A DNA stretch of 64,000 nucleotides from Eledone cirrhosa (GCA_964016885.1 OZ024763.1:15128001-15192000); one strand, 5' to 3'; shown: positions 13,120 to 26,104, numbered from the stretch's first letter. Made by a program: numbers and translations. Notes: generated by a model not told the origin, from the sequence alone.

Positions 13120-13840
13120 AAGCTTGCATGCTCCGCTGGATGTGTAATAGTAATATACATGAACGGCAAAGCATAAACGAACTAAGGAAAAAAATTAGAA
13201 ATAAGAGGGATCAGATGTTGTTTACTCGAGAGAAGGCTACGTTGGTATGGACACGTGATGCGCATGAAAGTCGATAGCTGTATAACAAAGTGCAGGGCAA
13301 TAAAGATAGACGGTAGCCACGGAATAGGCAGACCTAGAAAAACCTGGGACGAGCTGATAAACTCCGACCTCACACACTTACACCTCTCCAAGACAATGTC
13401 ACTGGACCGAGACCTTTGGCGGTACTCAGTAACAGAGAAGACCCGCCTTACCTAAATACATAGTAAAACCTACTACAGCCAGTAGGCATCTCTAACAAAA
13501 TACCCCCCACCCCCACCCCATCCACACCACCCCGTTCTATGTAAAGTTATGTTGGTGCCACACCATCCAGGCCGAAACAAATGAGATCGTGTAGGTGTCA
13601 CGACAAAAAAACACACAGTCCACGCTGTAATGTGGCCGTGTAGGCAACACGGTAAAAGCCTCCCAGACCCACACTGTAAATGTGGTTGGTGTTAGGAAGG
13701 GCATCCAACTGTAGAAAACCTGCCAGACAGTCCTATGCGAGCAAGACAATCACTCTTGCCTCAAGTGGGACTACCCCCGTCCAAACCCATGCAAGCGTGG
13801 AACACGGACGTTAAACGTTGATGATGATGATGATGATGAG
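13120..13840 (+). mobile_element. 5'-truncated RTE-clade LINE (ORF C-terminus plus 3' UTR ending in (GAT)n)
   Basis: ERRLRWYGHVMRMKVDSCITKCRAIKIDGSHGIGRPRKTWDELI..DRDLWR. Confidence 0.85.
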
Positions 13841-14077
13841 GTGTCACAACAAAAAAACACACAGTCCACACTGTAATGTGGTCGTGTAGGTAACACGGTA
13901 AAAAAAACCCAGTCCACACTGTAAATGTGGTTGGTGTTAGGAAGGGCATCCAGCCATAGAATACCTGCCAGACAGTCCTATACGAGTGAGACCCGGTTAC
14001 CCAACCAATCTTGCCTCAAGTGGGACAACTTCCGTCTAAGCCATGCTAGCATGGAAGATAGATGTTAAACGATGATG

Positions 14078-14112
<35 letters not shown>

Positions 14113-14164
14113 TAGCATGGAAAATGGACGTTAAATGAAGATGATGATGATATATATATATATA

Positions 14165-14730
14165 GTATTAGTTATACTATTTATGGTTATGTAAATACAA
14201 AACCTTAAGCAGTTATAAGTATTTTACACACACCCTAAATAGTGGTAGGCAGTAATGTATTACTACCTTATTACCAGTAAGTTAAGTAGCTCAATGTAAA
14301 GACATCAGATGATTTACAGAGCAGTTATATGAAATATAAGAATCAAAGGACTGTTCAAAACATTATTGTGCTTACAGCTGTTTCCTCCAAACCGAGGTTT
14401 GGATTCTTCGGAGCAATTTATTAATGCATGGACAGTTATATGACCTCCTTTTCAGCCGAGAGACATACCGATACATATTCAAACATTGATACGTATTCAA
14501 ACATTGTGGGTCAACATTCATTACAGAAACTGTAATGAATGTTGACCCACAATGTTTGAATATGTATCAATGTTTGAATATGTATCGGTATGTCTCTCGG
14601 CTGAAAAGGAGGTCATATAACTGTCCATGCATTAATAAATTGCTCCGAAGAATCCAAACCTCGGTTTGGAGGAAACAGCTGTAAGCACAATAATGTTTTG
14701 AACAGTCTTTTGATTCTTATATTTCATATA
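14165..14730 (-). mobile_element. Fold-back hammerhead element family E (palindrome 14326-14730, 201-bp arms, 3-nt loop)
   Basis: Arms are near-identical around cag-aaa-ctg at 14528. The unique tail 14165-14325 runs into (TA)n. Confidence 0.75.
14641..14687 (+). ncRNA. Hammerhead motif with U4>C variant core (mirror 14369-14415 on minus)
   Basis: tgct-CCGAAGA-a tccaaacc tc ggtttgga g-GAAA-cagctg-TA-agca. Confidence 0.65.
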
Positions 14731-14741
14731 TATATATATAT

Positions 14742-14943
14742 AATTGAGATAAGCGGAGCAAGCAAGATTCAAATAATTTTTAAGATGATCTAATCTTTTC
14801 CATTGGAAGTCCCTAGGGATCTCCAATCTTTTGTGAAGTGAAACCGTCGGTAAAAGCAATTGGAATAGGTAAATATTTAAATTATATTTTTTAATTTATT
14901 TTAAAAAATTGTTTGAATTTTGCTTGCTCCACTTATCTCAATT
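14742..14943. repeat. Diverged 42-bp inverted repeat enclosing a hammerhead 3'-half-like motif
   Basis: aattgagataagcggagcaagcaagattcaaa / tttgaattttgcttgctccacttatctcaatt, with internal GAAA-ccgtcgg-TA-aaag. Confidence 0.5.
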
Positions 14944-15265
14944 TTATAGTTCTGGTAAGTCAAATTAATACCATAGAACAACCCTGTATCATAGACACCC
15001 TATATATTTCCAGGGGTACTTAGTACCTGTGGCGATATTAACTTCTTTTATATGTATATATATATATTTATTCAGGTTTGAGGTTCACCACTGTATAGAG
15101 CTGGTCTATTCCGTATGGTCAATCGTAATGCAATAATATAGAGAGTACTCAACGTAAAGCAGTTCAACCGTCTTTGTTTTTGTAGTTGGTGGTGCTATTA
15201 CGGAGTTAAATATTATAATAAAATGACAGGAGGCTGGATTTGTGTAAATCCTTGAAAGGTTTATT

Positions 15266-15323
15266 ATACTATGATCATTTCAATGACCGGGTTCCGTATG
15301 AATCCGGTGATATCATCAGGTAT
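15266..15323 (-). ncRNA. Type I hammerhead motif with intact core, inside a unique element of about 15070-15428
   Basis: atac-CTGATGA-tatc accgg..ccggt catt-GAAA-tgatca-TA-gtat. Confidence 0.65.
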
Positions 15324-15425
15324 TCGAAATATAATACGTGAATGTAATAGATAAAATCCATGGGGCTGAAAATCGAGGACCCGAGGGCGACCGCTATTCT
15401 GTTCCTTCAACCTCAGCCGGTCGCC

Positions 15426-15469
<44 letters not shown>

Positions 15470-15859
15470 AAAATATATATGTAGGTGTCACGACAAAAAA
15501 ATACGCAGTCCACGCTGTAACGTGGCCGTGTAGGTAACATGGTAAAAATCTCCCAGTCCACACTGCAAACGTGGTTGGTGTTAGGAAGGGCATCCAGCCA
15601 TAGAAAACCTGCCAGATAGTCCTATACGACCGAGACACTGTCACCTGACCAATCTTGCCTCAACTCTAACCCATGCTAGCATGGAAGATAGACGTTAAAC
15701 AATGATGATGATATATATATATATACATATATTTTCTTTTTTTTTTTTCAATGTGGTCTACCCTTTGTGGTAGGGTCCGTACCATAGACAGAACTCAATG
15801 TAATCTGATAGTGAGTAATTCAGTGAAATCCATAGAAAGGTTCTATGTTTACATTTATC

Positions 15860-16400
15860 AAAGGGTTAAAGTGTTTACATTTATCTAAAAACCTTCCATC
15901 ATAATTTTAATAACCTTTGTTGAGTTATGTTCCAAACACTGGCTTAATATTGAGTGTTTTTCGTTAGAAACATGGTCATGAAAGGGTTAAAGTGTTTACA
16001 TTTATGAAAGGGTTAAAGTGTTTACATTTATCTAAAAACCTTCCATCATAATTTTAATAACCTTTGTTGAGTTATGTTCCAAACACTGGCTTAATATTGA
16101 GTGTTTTTCGTTAGAAACATGGTCATGAAAGGGTTAAAGTGTTTACATTTATGAAAGGGTTAAAGTGTTTACATTTATCTAAAAACCTTCCATCATAATT
16201 TTAATAACCTTTGTTGAGTTATGTTCCAAACACTGGCTTAATATTGAGTGTTTTTCGTTAGAAACATGGTCATGAAGGGTTAAAGTGTTTACATTTATGA
16301 AAGGGTTAAAGTGTTTACATTTATCTAAAAACCTTCAATCATAATTTTAATAACCTTTGTTGAGTTATGTTCCAAACACCTGGGTAATGAAAGGGTTAAT
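15860..16400 (+). repeat. 147-bp tandem array (about 3.5 units) containing a MITE-like end (gaaagggttaa)
   Basis: aagggttaaagtgtttacatttatctaaaa at 15861, 16008 and onward. Confidence 0.8.
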
Positions 16401-16459
16401 ATTCAATGTTACCATAGACCTGAAGTTTATGATAGATACATGTGTCTGCATCAGTAGGA

Positions 16460-17800
16460 ATACACACACACACACATATATATCTGCATATACATATATG
16501 CATACATACACATATATACATGCATACACAGCTTCATATATACACATGCATACATACATAAACATACATAAAAACACATATACATGCATACAGCCTCACA
16601 TATACACATGCATACATACATAAACATACATATACACACATATACATGCATACACAGCCTCACATATACACATGCATAAACAGCCTCACATATACACATG
16701 CATACATACATATACACACATATACACATATACACATGCATACATACATAAACATACATATACACACATATACATGCATACACAGCCTCACATATACACA
16801 TGCATACACAGCCTCACATATACACATGCATACATACATATACACATATACACATGCATACATACATAAACATACATATACACACATATACATGCATACA
16901 CAGCCTCACATATACACATGCATACATACATACATAAACATACATATACACATGTATACATGCATACACAGCCTCACATATACACATGCATACATAGATA
17001 AACATACATATACACACATATACATGCATACACAGCCTCACATATACACATGCATACATACATAAACATACATATACACACATATACATGCATACACAGC
17101 CTCACATATACACATGCATACATACATACATAAACATACATATACACATGTATACATGCATAAACAGCCTCACATATACACATGCATACATACACAAACA
17201 TACATATACACACATATACATGCATACACAGCCTCACATATACACATGCATACATACATACATAAACATACATATACACATGTATACATGCATACACAGC
17301 CTCACATATACACATGCATACATACATAAACATACATACACATATATACATGCATACACAGCCTCATATATACACATGCATACATAGATAAACATACATA
17401 TACACACATATACATGCATACACAGCCTCACATATACACATGCATACATAAACATACATATACACATATATACATGCATACACAACATCACATATACACA
17501 TGCATACATACATACATAAACATACATATACACATGTATACATGCATACACAGCCTCACATATACACATGCATACATACATAAACATACATATACACATC
17601 TATACATGCATACACAGCCTCACATATACACATACATACACAAACATACATACACATACATACACATACATGCATACACAAACCTAGTCACACATACATA
17701 TAAATATACATGCATATACACACACATACACGCAGACATGAATACACATATACATGCATTCATACACAAATTCACATATACATATATACATCCATACAGC
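16460..17800. repeat. CA/TA-rich compound minisatellite (catgcatacacagcctcacatata units)
   Basis: Direct inspection. Confidence 0.9.
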
Positions 17801-18228
17801 ATGCACACAACAACAACTAATCTAAATCCATCCAAAACTGCAGTATTCAGCAGTATCTCGGTACTATAGGAACTATAACAAAGGTAACATAGGTTAACAA
17901 CAGTGAAACAACACAACTAAATCCATCCAAAGACACAGTATTCAGCAAAACCTCAATACCAGAGCAACTACAAAGTTACAATATGTTGACAACATCTACT
18001 AAGTTTGTTTCTACAAATATTGGATAGGAAACAGAAAAATAAGGAAGTTGCAGGGAGGATACATAAAAGAGGGTAACACGGTGAAGAAGGGACACATATG
18101 TCAGAATTTAGTGCTCCCCCATCTACTAATGATGTGGTTTCCTCATAATCTTTTCAACCCTTTTCATATCAAACCGCCTGAAACCATTCCTCAGTTCTAC
18201 GATACAAAACTGTCTGCTTTAAAGTGAC

Positions 18229-18560
18229 ACAGAGGAAGACTGAGGTTAGCTGGACATGCTCACCGACATCCAGAGTTGACACTGCACTCAGTGCTCCTGT
18301 GGGAGCCCCTGCATGGACACACTGGAAGAGGAAGACTAAGGTTAGCTGGACATGCGCACCGACATCCAGAGTTGACACTGCACTCAGTGCTCCTGTAGGA
18401 GCCCCTACATGGACACACTGGAAGAGGAAGACCGAGGTTAACATATGTTGATGCCCTAAGGACAGACACTGGTCTGTTGGAGACGCAGGACATGGCAGCG
18501 ATAATGAGGGACAGAGACCGCTGGAGAGAACTCGTCCATGGATCTCGGGAATTTTACCCG
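18229..18560 (+). mobile_element. RTE-type LINE 3' fragment with an internal 96-bp duplication
   Basis: RLRLAGHAHRHPELTLHSVLLWEPLHGHTGRGRPRLTYVDALRTDTG..DRDRWRELV. Confidence 0.75.
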
Positions 18561-18578
18561 CCCTAGAGAGTTATTTAA

Positions 18579-18885
18579 CCCTTTAGCATTTACATTATTA
18601 TGGGGGTCGATAAAATAAAGTACCAGTAATGTACTGGGTTATTGCTGGCCTTGTGCCAAAAGTAGAAACAATTATTATATATATATATATATATATATAT
18701 ACTATTGTATTTTTGTGGTATAGGCTTTACCTCATAATTATCTCACATAATATCGAATCTATGAGATTTTAATATTATTTATTTTGAGAAAAATACCTTA
18801 ACATCAATATGAGTAGCCAGTCCAGTTTGAACATAAAGAGGCAAGAGAATTCTTGCTGGATATGGTCGGTTTAAATGTTAAAGGG
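18579..18885 (+). mobile_element. piggyBac-type MITE (ttaa|ccctttagcattt...aaatgttaaaggg) with a SINE fragment inside
   Basis: Termini and body shared with 36335-36546 and 46049-47126. Confidence 0.6.
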
Positions 18886-19064
18886 TCAAAACCCTTCCAT
18901 CAGATAAGTTATGTTTCAAACACCAACTTAAATTTAGTTATATTATTAAATCCTTCCAAATTCTTGATGATTTTCAAATTTATTTGGAAACTATAGGCAG
19001 CGTCTTTCATTAGAAATATGGTAATGAAAGAGTTACTATTCTTTTATTTTTTTACGATAAAAAA

Positions 19065-19870
19065 GAATTCTGGGGCTGATATTATTGGCCAAATACTTCG
19101 AAGGCCAAAGATTGAAACCAATAAAAGAGTACTGGGGTTGATATGATTGACAAGAAGCTTCCAAAGTGGGGCCCCAGCCTTGGCCGCTGTCTAATGACAA
19201 AAACCAATAATAGAGTCCTGGGGTTGATATGATTGACTAAATCCTTTCAGGGCAGTGCCCCAGCATGGTCGCAGTCTAATGACTGAAACCAATAAAAGAA
19301 TAAGTACTGGGGTTGATATGATTGACTAAATCTTGTGAAGACAGTACCCCAGCATGGCCGCTGCCTACTGACTGAAACCAATAAAGCAGTACTGGAGTTT
19401 ATATGATTGACTAAATCCTTTCAAGGAAGTGCCCCAGCATGGTCAGTCACAGTTAAATGACTGAAACCAGTAAAAACGTCTGGGGTTGATATTTTTGACT
19501 AAATCCTTTTGAGGTGGTGCCACAGCATGGCCACAGTCTAATGACTGATACCAGTAAAAGAGTCCTGGGGTTGATATGATTGGCTAAAACCTTCCAAGAC
19601 GGTGCCCCAGCATGGCCAAGGTCTAATGACTGATACCAGTAAAAAAAAAAAGTCCTGGGGTTGATGTGATTGGCTAAAACCTTTCAAGGCAATGCCCCAG
19701 CATTGCCAAGGTCTAATGACTTTCAAGGCAGTGCCCCAGCATGGCCACAGTCTAATGACTCAAACCAATAAAAGAATAAGTACTGGGGTTGATATGATTG
19801 ACTAAAACCTTCCAAGACGGTGCCCCAGCATGGCCCCAGTATAATGACTGAAACTAGTAAAAGAATAAAA
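19065..19870 (+). repeat. About 10 diverged tandem copies of a roughly 80-bp SINE-tail-like unit
   Basis: ctggggttgatatgattgactaaa...gtgccccagcatggcc..agtctaatgactgaaaccaataaaag repeated. Confidence 0.8.
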
Positions 19871-20018
19871 AGGGTTGTAGAAAGTTATGAGGAAACTAAG
19901 TCTAGAAGAAAGAAAGGGGGAGGGAGGAGGTGGTTCCACGTAAGTGTAGTTATGTCATATTATGTTGTGAAGTGCTTCAGGGTTGATAGCCATGTTTGGA
20001 TCTGTGAGTAGAACTTAC

Positions 20019-20045
20019 CAATAACTCATCATATTGTTCAGAGAA
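20019..20045 (-). CDS. Probable 27-nt microexon (FSEQYDELL) of the myosin-XVIII gene
   Basis: Minus strand aaattttttcag|TTCTCTGAACAATATGATGAGTTATTG|gtaagt: U-rich acceptor, consensus donor, phase 0/0, stop-free and compatible with the phase-0 end of the PDZ exon. Confidence 0.62.
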
Positions 20046-20104
20046 CTGAAAAAATTTGTAATTTATATTTAGAAAAATAAAAACATGAACAAAAATCTCA
20101 TATA

Positions 20105-20137
<33 letters not shown>

Positions 20138-20338
20138 GAAAAACATGGGGAGAAGAATACTGCATGGTTGCACATGGATTACATATTATAAAATTAGTCC
20201 CTCATCAGTGATTTGCCAACGATCATTGGTATTTCATCGCATTAAATTAAACAACTCCACTATCCGGGAGCTTCCAACAGTAATGGTTGCATTTTTTAAG
20301 GGTATGTCAATATTTATTTATAAAACTGATCTATATTA

Positions 20339-20403
20339 TATTTTATCTGATGAAAGCACACCATAATTTAACTTGGTGTCCTTGAAATATGTATAATGAA
20401 ATA
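20339..20403 (+). ncRNA. Hammerhead motif, family A (element about 20260-20525)
   Basis: tattttat-CTGATGA-aagc acacca..tggtgt cctt-GAAA-tatgta-TA-atgaaata. Confidence 0.7.
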
Positions 20404-20521
20404 AATATGGTTTTATAGATATAGTTTCCATTTGTATTTTTACTCCAAAAATTTGTTGAGTGCTTTATATCAGTTATAAAAATATTTGCTTGTTGTATCC
20501 CAACAATTTAAATAGAACTTC

Positions 20522-20560
<39 letters not shown>

Positions 20561-21152
20561 CATATATATAACATATATATGACATATACATATATATATA
20601 ACACACATATATATAACATATATATGTGTTGTATATGTTATATATATAACATATATACATATATATAACATATACATATTTATAACATATACATATATAT
20701 ATACATATATATACATATATATAACATATACATATTTATAACATATACATATATATATACATATATATAACATATACATATATATATACATATATATAAC
20801 ATATACATATATATATACATATATATAACATATACATATATATACATATATATAACATATACATATATATAACATATACATATATATACATATATATAAC
20901 ATATACATATATATACATATATATAACATATACATATATATAACATATACATATATATACATACAATAATATTTACTTAATTAAGGTAGGATGATGCCTG
21001 TACTCTACTAACGTATTGAGTACCTTTTTTACCTGTGGTCATCTCCCACTATACATCGGGAATCCACCTACATATATATATATTATGTTTTAATATGTTT
21101 ACGTCTGTTAAGTACATTTATACAGAAATACGGTTTATATATATATATATAT

Positions 21153-21460
21153 ATATTGTTATACTTTGGGAGGGTCATGTTGCCAATAAGAAACACACGC
21201 ACCAGTTGCTTTCACTTCAATTTAATTTATTAAATATTTATAAATTTACAAATTTATAAATTTCTGGTTGTGGAACCAACCAACCAACCAGAAATTTATA
21301 AATTTGTAAATTTATAAATATTTAATAAATTAAATTGAAGTGAAAGCAACTGGTGCGTGTGTTTCTTATTGGCAACATGACCCTCCCAAAGTATAACAAT
21401 ATCGGTTTCAACACACGATTTCAGATAAAGAATCTTGCTAAACAAATTCAGAAACGAAAT
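21153..21460 (+). mobile_element. Family D fold-back element: arms of about 118 bp (21153-21402) plus tail, between (TA)n tracts
   Basis: atattgttatactttgggagggtcatgttgcc...ctggttg [tggaaccaaccaac] caaccag...ggcaacatgaccctcccaaagtataacaatat. Confidence 0.7.
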
Positions 21461-21573
21461 ATATATATATAGTTATGTAATAAACAACATAAGGCAATTA
21501 TTCCATTTACCAGTGGTTTCTTAAAAGCAAAAAAAGTTTTTAAAATCCAACGTCAATAAATACACCAGGATTT

Positions 21574-21633
21574 TTTCTTTCTGATGATTGAAAGCAAAAT
21601 TTTTTGCTTTTAAGAAACCACTGGTAAATGGAA
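21574..21633 (+). ncRNA. Hammerhead motif within a 62-bp inverted repeat (21473-21535 / 21600-21661)
   Basis: ttcttt-CTGATGA-ttgaaagcaaaa tt ttttgcttttaa-GAAA-ccactgg-TA-aatggaa. Stem I has one mismatch. Confidence 0.6.
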
Positions 21634-21735
21634 TAATTGCCTTATGTTGTTTATTACATAATAATAATAATTAAGCTCTGTTGCCTACATAGAGCACTCT
21701 TTTTTCCTGGACTTTTCCAATGGAATTACTTCATT

Positions 21736-21805
<70 letters not shown>

Positions 21806-21837
21806 ACAGAATGTGTTTGATGAATAAATTGGTTTTG

Positions 21838-23330
21838 GACAACAACTACTACGACTACTACTACCACAACTACTACCACTACAACTACTACGACAACTAC
21901 TACCACTACAACTACTACAACAACTGCTACTACAACAACTGCTACTACAACAACTGCTACTACCACAACTGCTACTACCACAACTACTACCACTACTACT
22001 ACCACAACTATTACAACTACAACTACTACTACCACAACTACTATTACAACTACTACTACCACAACTACTACAACTACTACCACTACTACTACAACCACTA
22101 CTACCACAACTACTACTACTACCACAACTATTATCACTACTACTACTACTACTACTATTACCACCACAACTACTACTACTACTACTACCACTACCACAAT
22201 TACTACCACCACAACTACTACTACTACAACTACTACTACCACAACTACTACCACCACAACTACTACTACAACTACTGCCACAAGTACTACAACAACTACT
22301 ACCACAACTACCACAAGTACTACCACAACTACTACAACAACTATTACCACAACTACTACAACTATTACCACAACTACCACTACCACAACCACAAAATCAA
22401 CTGCTGAGACCACAACTACTACTACTACTGCTGTTATGACCACAACAACAACAACTACTACAACTGCTGAGACCACAACAACAACTACTACTACCACTAC
22501 AACTGCTATGACCACAACAACAACCACTACTACTACTACAACAACTGCTGAGACCACAACTACTACTACTACTATGACCACAACAACTACTACCACTACA
22601 ACTGCTATGACCACAACAACAACAACAACTACTACTACGACCACAACAACTACTACTACTACTATGACCACAACAACTACTACTACAACTGCTATGACCA
22701 CAACAACAACTAACACCACTACAACTACTATAACCACAACAACAACTACTACTACTATGACCACAACAACAACTACTACTACTACAACTGCTATGACCAC
22801 AACAACAACTAACACCACTACAACTACTATAACCACAACAACTACTACTACTACTACTATGACCACAACAACAACAACTACTACTACTATGACCACAACA
22901 ACAACAACTACTACTACTACTACAACTGCTATGACCACAACAACAACTAACACCACTACAACTACTATAACCACAACAACAACTACTACTACTATGACCA
23001 CAACAACAACTACTACTACTACAACTGCTATGACCACAACAACAACTAACACCACTACAACTACTATAACCACAACAACTACTACTACTACTACTACTAT
23101 GACCACAACAACAACAACTACTACAACTGCTATGACCACAACAACAACTAACACCACTACAACTACTATAACCACAACAACTACTACTACTACTACTACT
23201 ATGACCACAACAACAACTACTACAACTGCTATGACCACAACAACAACTAACACCACTACAACTACTATAACCACAACAACAACTACTACAATCACAACAA
23301 CAACTACAACAGTAACAATAACAACAAATA
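21838..23330. repeat. AAC/TAC/ACC trinucleotide-based compound satellite
   Basis: Direct inspection. Source of the poly-T/V/Y ORFs. Confidence 0.92.
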
Positions 23331-23589
23331 ATGAGGGAGTTAGTTATATTACTAAATTCATCCAAATTTTGGATTAGGTAAAGAATTATTTGAAAATTAC
23401 AGACAGTGTATGTTTGGGTGTAGGAATATTTGAATTTAGCTGCTGAAGAATAAAGTTAAGTGACATTCCAAACACCAGCTTAATAATTGTTTCTAATTTT
23501 GGCACAAGGCCAGCAATTATCTCAGTGTATTACTGGTACTTGATTCTATCAACCCCGTAAGGATGAAAGGCAAAGTTAACCTCGGTGGG

Positions 23590-25832
23590 ATTAACTTTGA
23601 GAAAGTTAGTTTTATTACTAAATCCTTCCAAATTCTTCATTATTTTCAAAATTATTTTAAAATCCTAAGCTGCATATTTCATTAGAATTATGACAGCGAA
23701 AGGGTTAAAGTGTTTATATGTTTCTAAAAATCTTTATTATGTTCCAAACATCAGTTTAAAAATGAGGGAGTTAGTTATATTATTAAATCCTTCCAAATTT
23801 TTCATTATTTTCAAAATTATTTGAAAGTCATAGGCAGTGTTTTCTTTAGAAATATGGTAACGTAAGGGTTAAAGTCTTTATATTTATCCAAAAAACTTCC
23901 ATCATAATTTTATCTAGAAACCTTTTATATTCCAAACATATATTAATGAGAATGTTATATTACTAAATACCCTCCAAGTTCTTGATTAATTCCTAAATTA
24001 TTTTAAAAACATAGACAGAGTCTTTCTTTAGAAATATGGTAATGAAAGGGTTAAAACACCAACTTAATAATGAAAGAGTTAGTTACATTATTAAATCTTT
24101 CCAAATTTTTCATTATTTTCAAAATTATTTGAAAGTCATAGGCAGTGTTTTCTTTAGAAATATGGTAACAAGAAGGTTAAAGTGTTTATATTTATCTAAA
24201 TACCTTCCATCATAATTTTATGTAAGAAGCTTTGTTAAGTTATGTTCCAAACATAAGCAATATCATTCATTAGAAATATGGTAACGAAAGGATTAAAATG
24301 TTTTAAATGCATTCAGTACACTCTGGGAAGTGATAGTGTTGATGCCACAATAAAATTCATCCAGTACACTCTGTAAAATGTTAGTGTTGGCACCTACAAT
24401 AAAATACACCGCTTACACTGTAAAGTGATAGTGTTGGTGCCACAATAAAATGCACCCAGTATACTCTGTAAAGTGGTGTTGGTGTCACAATAAAATGCAC
24501 TCAGTGCACTCTGTAAAGTGGTTGGTGCCTTGATAAAATGCACTGAGTACACTCTGTAAAGTGGTTGGTGTTTGGAAGGGCATACAACGGTAGAAACCAT
24601 ACCAAAAAATGGAATGTATGTATGTAAGCAAGAGGGGGTGGTCCCTGAGCCCATTTGAGAGGACAGAACTCTAATTAAGTCCTGACTCGGTCTGTGACAA
24701 CCGGTCCAACCCATGCTAACATATGAAAAAAGAATGTTAACATTTTTAATACCAAACCACCTGAAACTGACACAGGTTCTAATGTGTTTACATTTATCTA
24801 AAAGCATTCCATCATAATTTTATGTTCCAGACACCAACTTAATGAGAAAGTTAGTTATAATACTAAAGTTCTCAAAATAGATTATTTTCAAAATTAATTA
24901 AAATGCCTAGTCTTTCATTAGAAATATGGTACAAAAAAGTTAAAGTGTTTATATTTATCTAAAACCTTTCCATCATAATTTTATGTAAGAACCTTTGTTA
25001 AGTTATGTTCTAAACACCAACTTAATAATGAGAAAGTTAGTTATAATACTAAAGTTCTCAAAATTGATTATTTTCAAAATTAATTAAAATGCCTAGTCTT
25101 TCATTAGAAATATGGTACAAAAAAGTTAAAGTGTTTATATTTATCTAAAACCTTTCCATCATAATTTTATGTAAGAACCTTTGTTAAGTTATGTTCTAAA
25201 CACCAACTTAATAATGAGAAAGTTAGTTATAATACTAAAGTTCTCAAAATTGATTATTTTCAAAATTAATTAAAATGCCTAGTCTTTCATTAGAAATATG
25301 GTACAAAAAAGTTAAAGTGTTTATATTTATCTAAAACCTTTCCATCATAATCTTATGTAAGAACCTTTGTTAAGTTATGTTCTAAACACCAGCTTAATAA
25401 TAACAAAGTTAGTTATATTGCTAAATCCCTCCAAATTCTTGATTATTTCAAAATTAATTAAAGTGCCTAGTCAGTGTCTTTCATTAGAAATATGGTAATG
25501 AAAAGGTTAAAGTGTTTACATTTACCTAAAAATATTCCATCATAATTTTATGTAAGAACCTTTATTAAGTTATGTTCCAAATACCAACTCAATAATGAGA
25601 AAGTTAGTTATATTTGTACATCCTACAAATTCTATATTTTCAAAATTATTTGAAAATAATTAGAAATATGGTAACGAAAGGGTTAAAGTGTTTTTATGTA
25701 AGAACCTTTGTTAAGTTATGTTCCAAACACCAGCTTAAAAATGAGAAAGTTAGTTATATAACTAAATCTCTCAAAATTAATTAAAAACCATAGATAGTGT
25801 CTCTCGTTAGAAATATGGTAACGAAAGGGTTC
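23590..25832 (+). repeat. Tandem array of about 180-190-bp units (186 bp in the homogeneous part) ending agaaatatggtaacgaaagggttaa, interrupted by SINE/LINE-tail repeats at 24310-24740
   Basis: aatgagaaagttagttataa at 24841, 25027 and 25213. The unit end is the reverse complement of the ttaaccctttcattaccatattt terminus at 3139. Confidence 0.8.
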
Positions 25833-26104
25833 AATGATGATGATATATACAGAAAGAAAGACATTTATATACGGAGAGAGAGAAGGGGAAAAGATGAAGA
25901 GAAAGAGATATGAAGAGAAAGAGAGAAATGGAGAGATGAAGGGAGAGAGAGAGGGGGGGGGGGAGATGAAGAGATAGAGAGAGAGAGAGATAAAATATAA
26001 ACTGACAGATAGAGAGATGGAGAGATGAAGGGAGAGATAGTGAGAGAAAGAGAGACATAGAGAGATGGCGACAGAGATACATAGAGATAGATAGGGAGAC
26101 TCAC

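Noticed and set aside
20180-20245. CTGATGA and GAAA on the minus strand
   Set aside because: Order and pairing fit no hammerhead topology I could build.
21637-23377. Mucin-like poly-Thr and Cys/Ser-rich ORFs (also at 7.5-8.9 and 56.5-59.9 kb)
   Set aside because: Trinucleotide satellites open in several frames on both strands, with no splice or signal-peptide support.
25865-26104. C-terminal extension of the PDZ ORF (SLSLS...)
   Set aside because: Read-through past a consensus AAG|gtgagt donor into a (CT)n intron tract.
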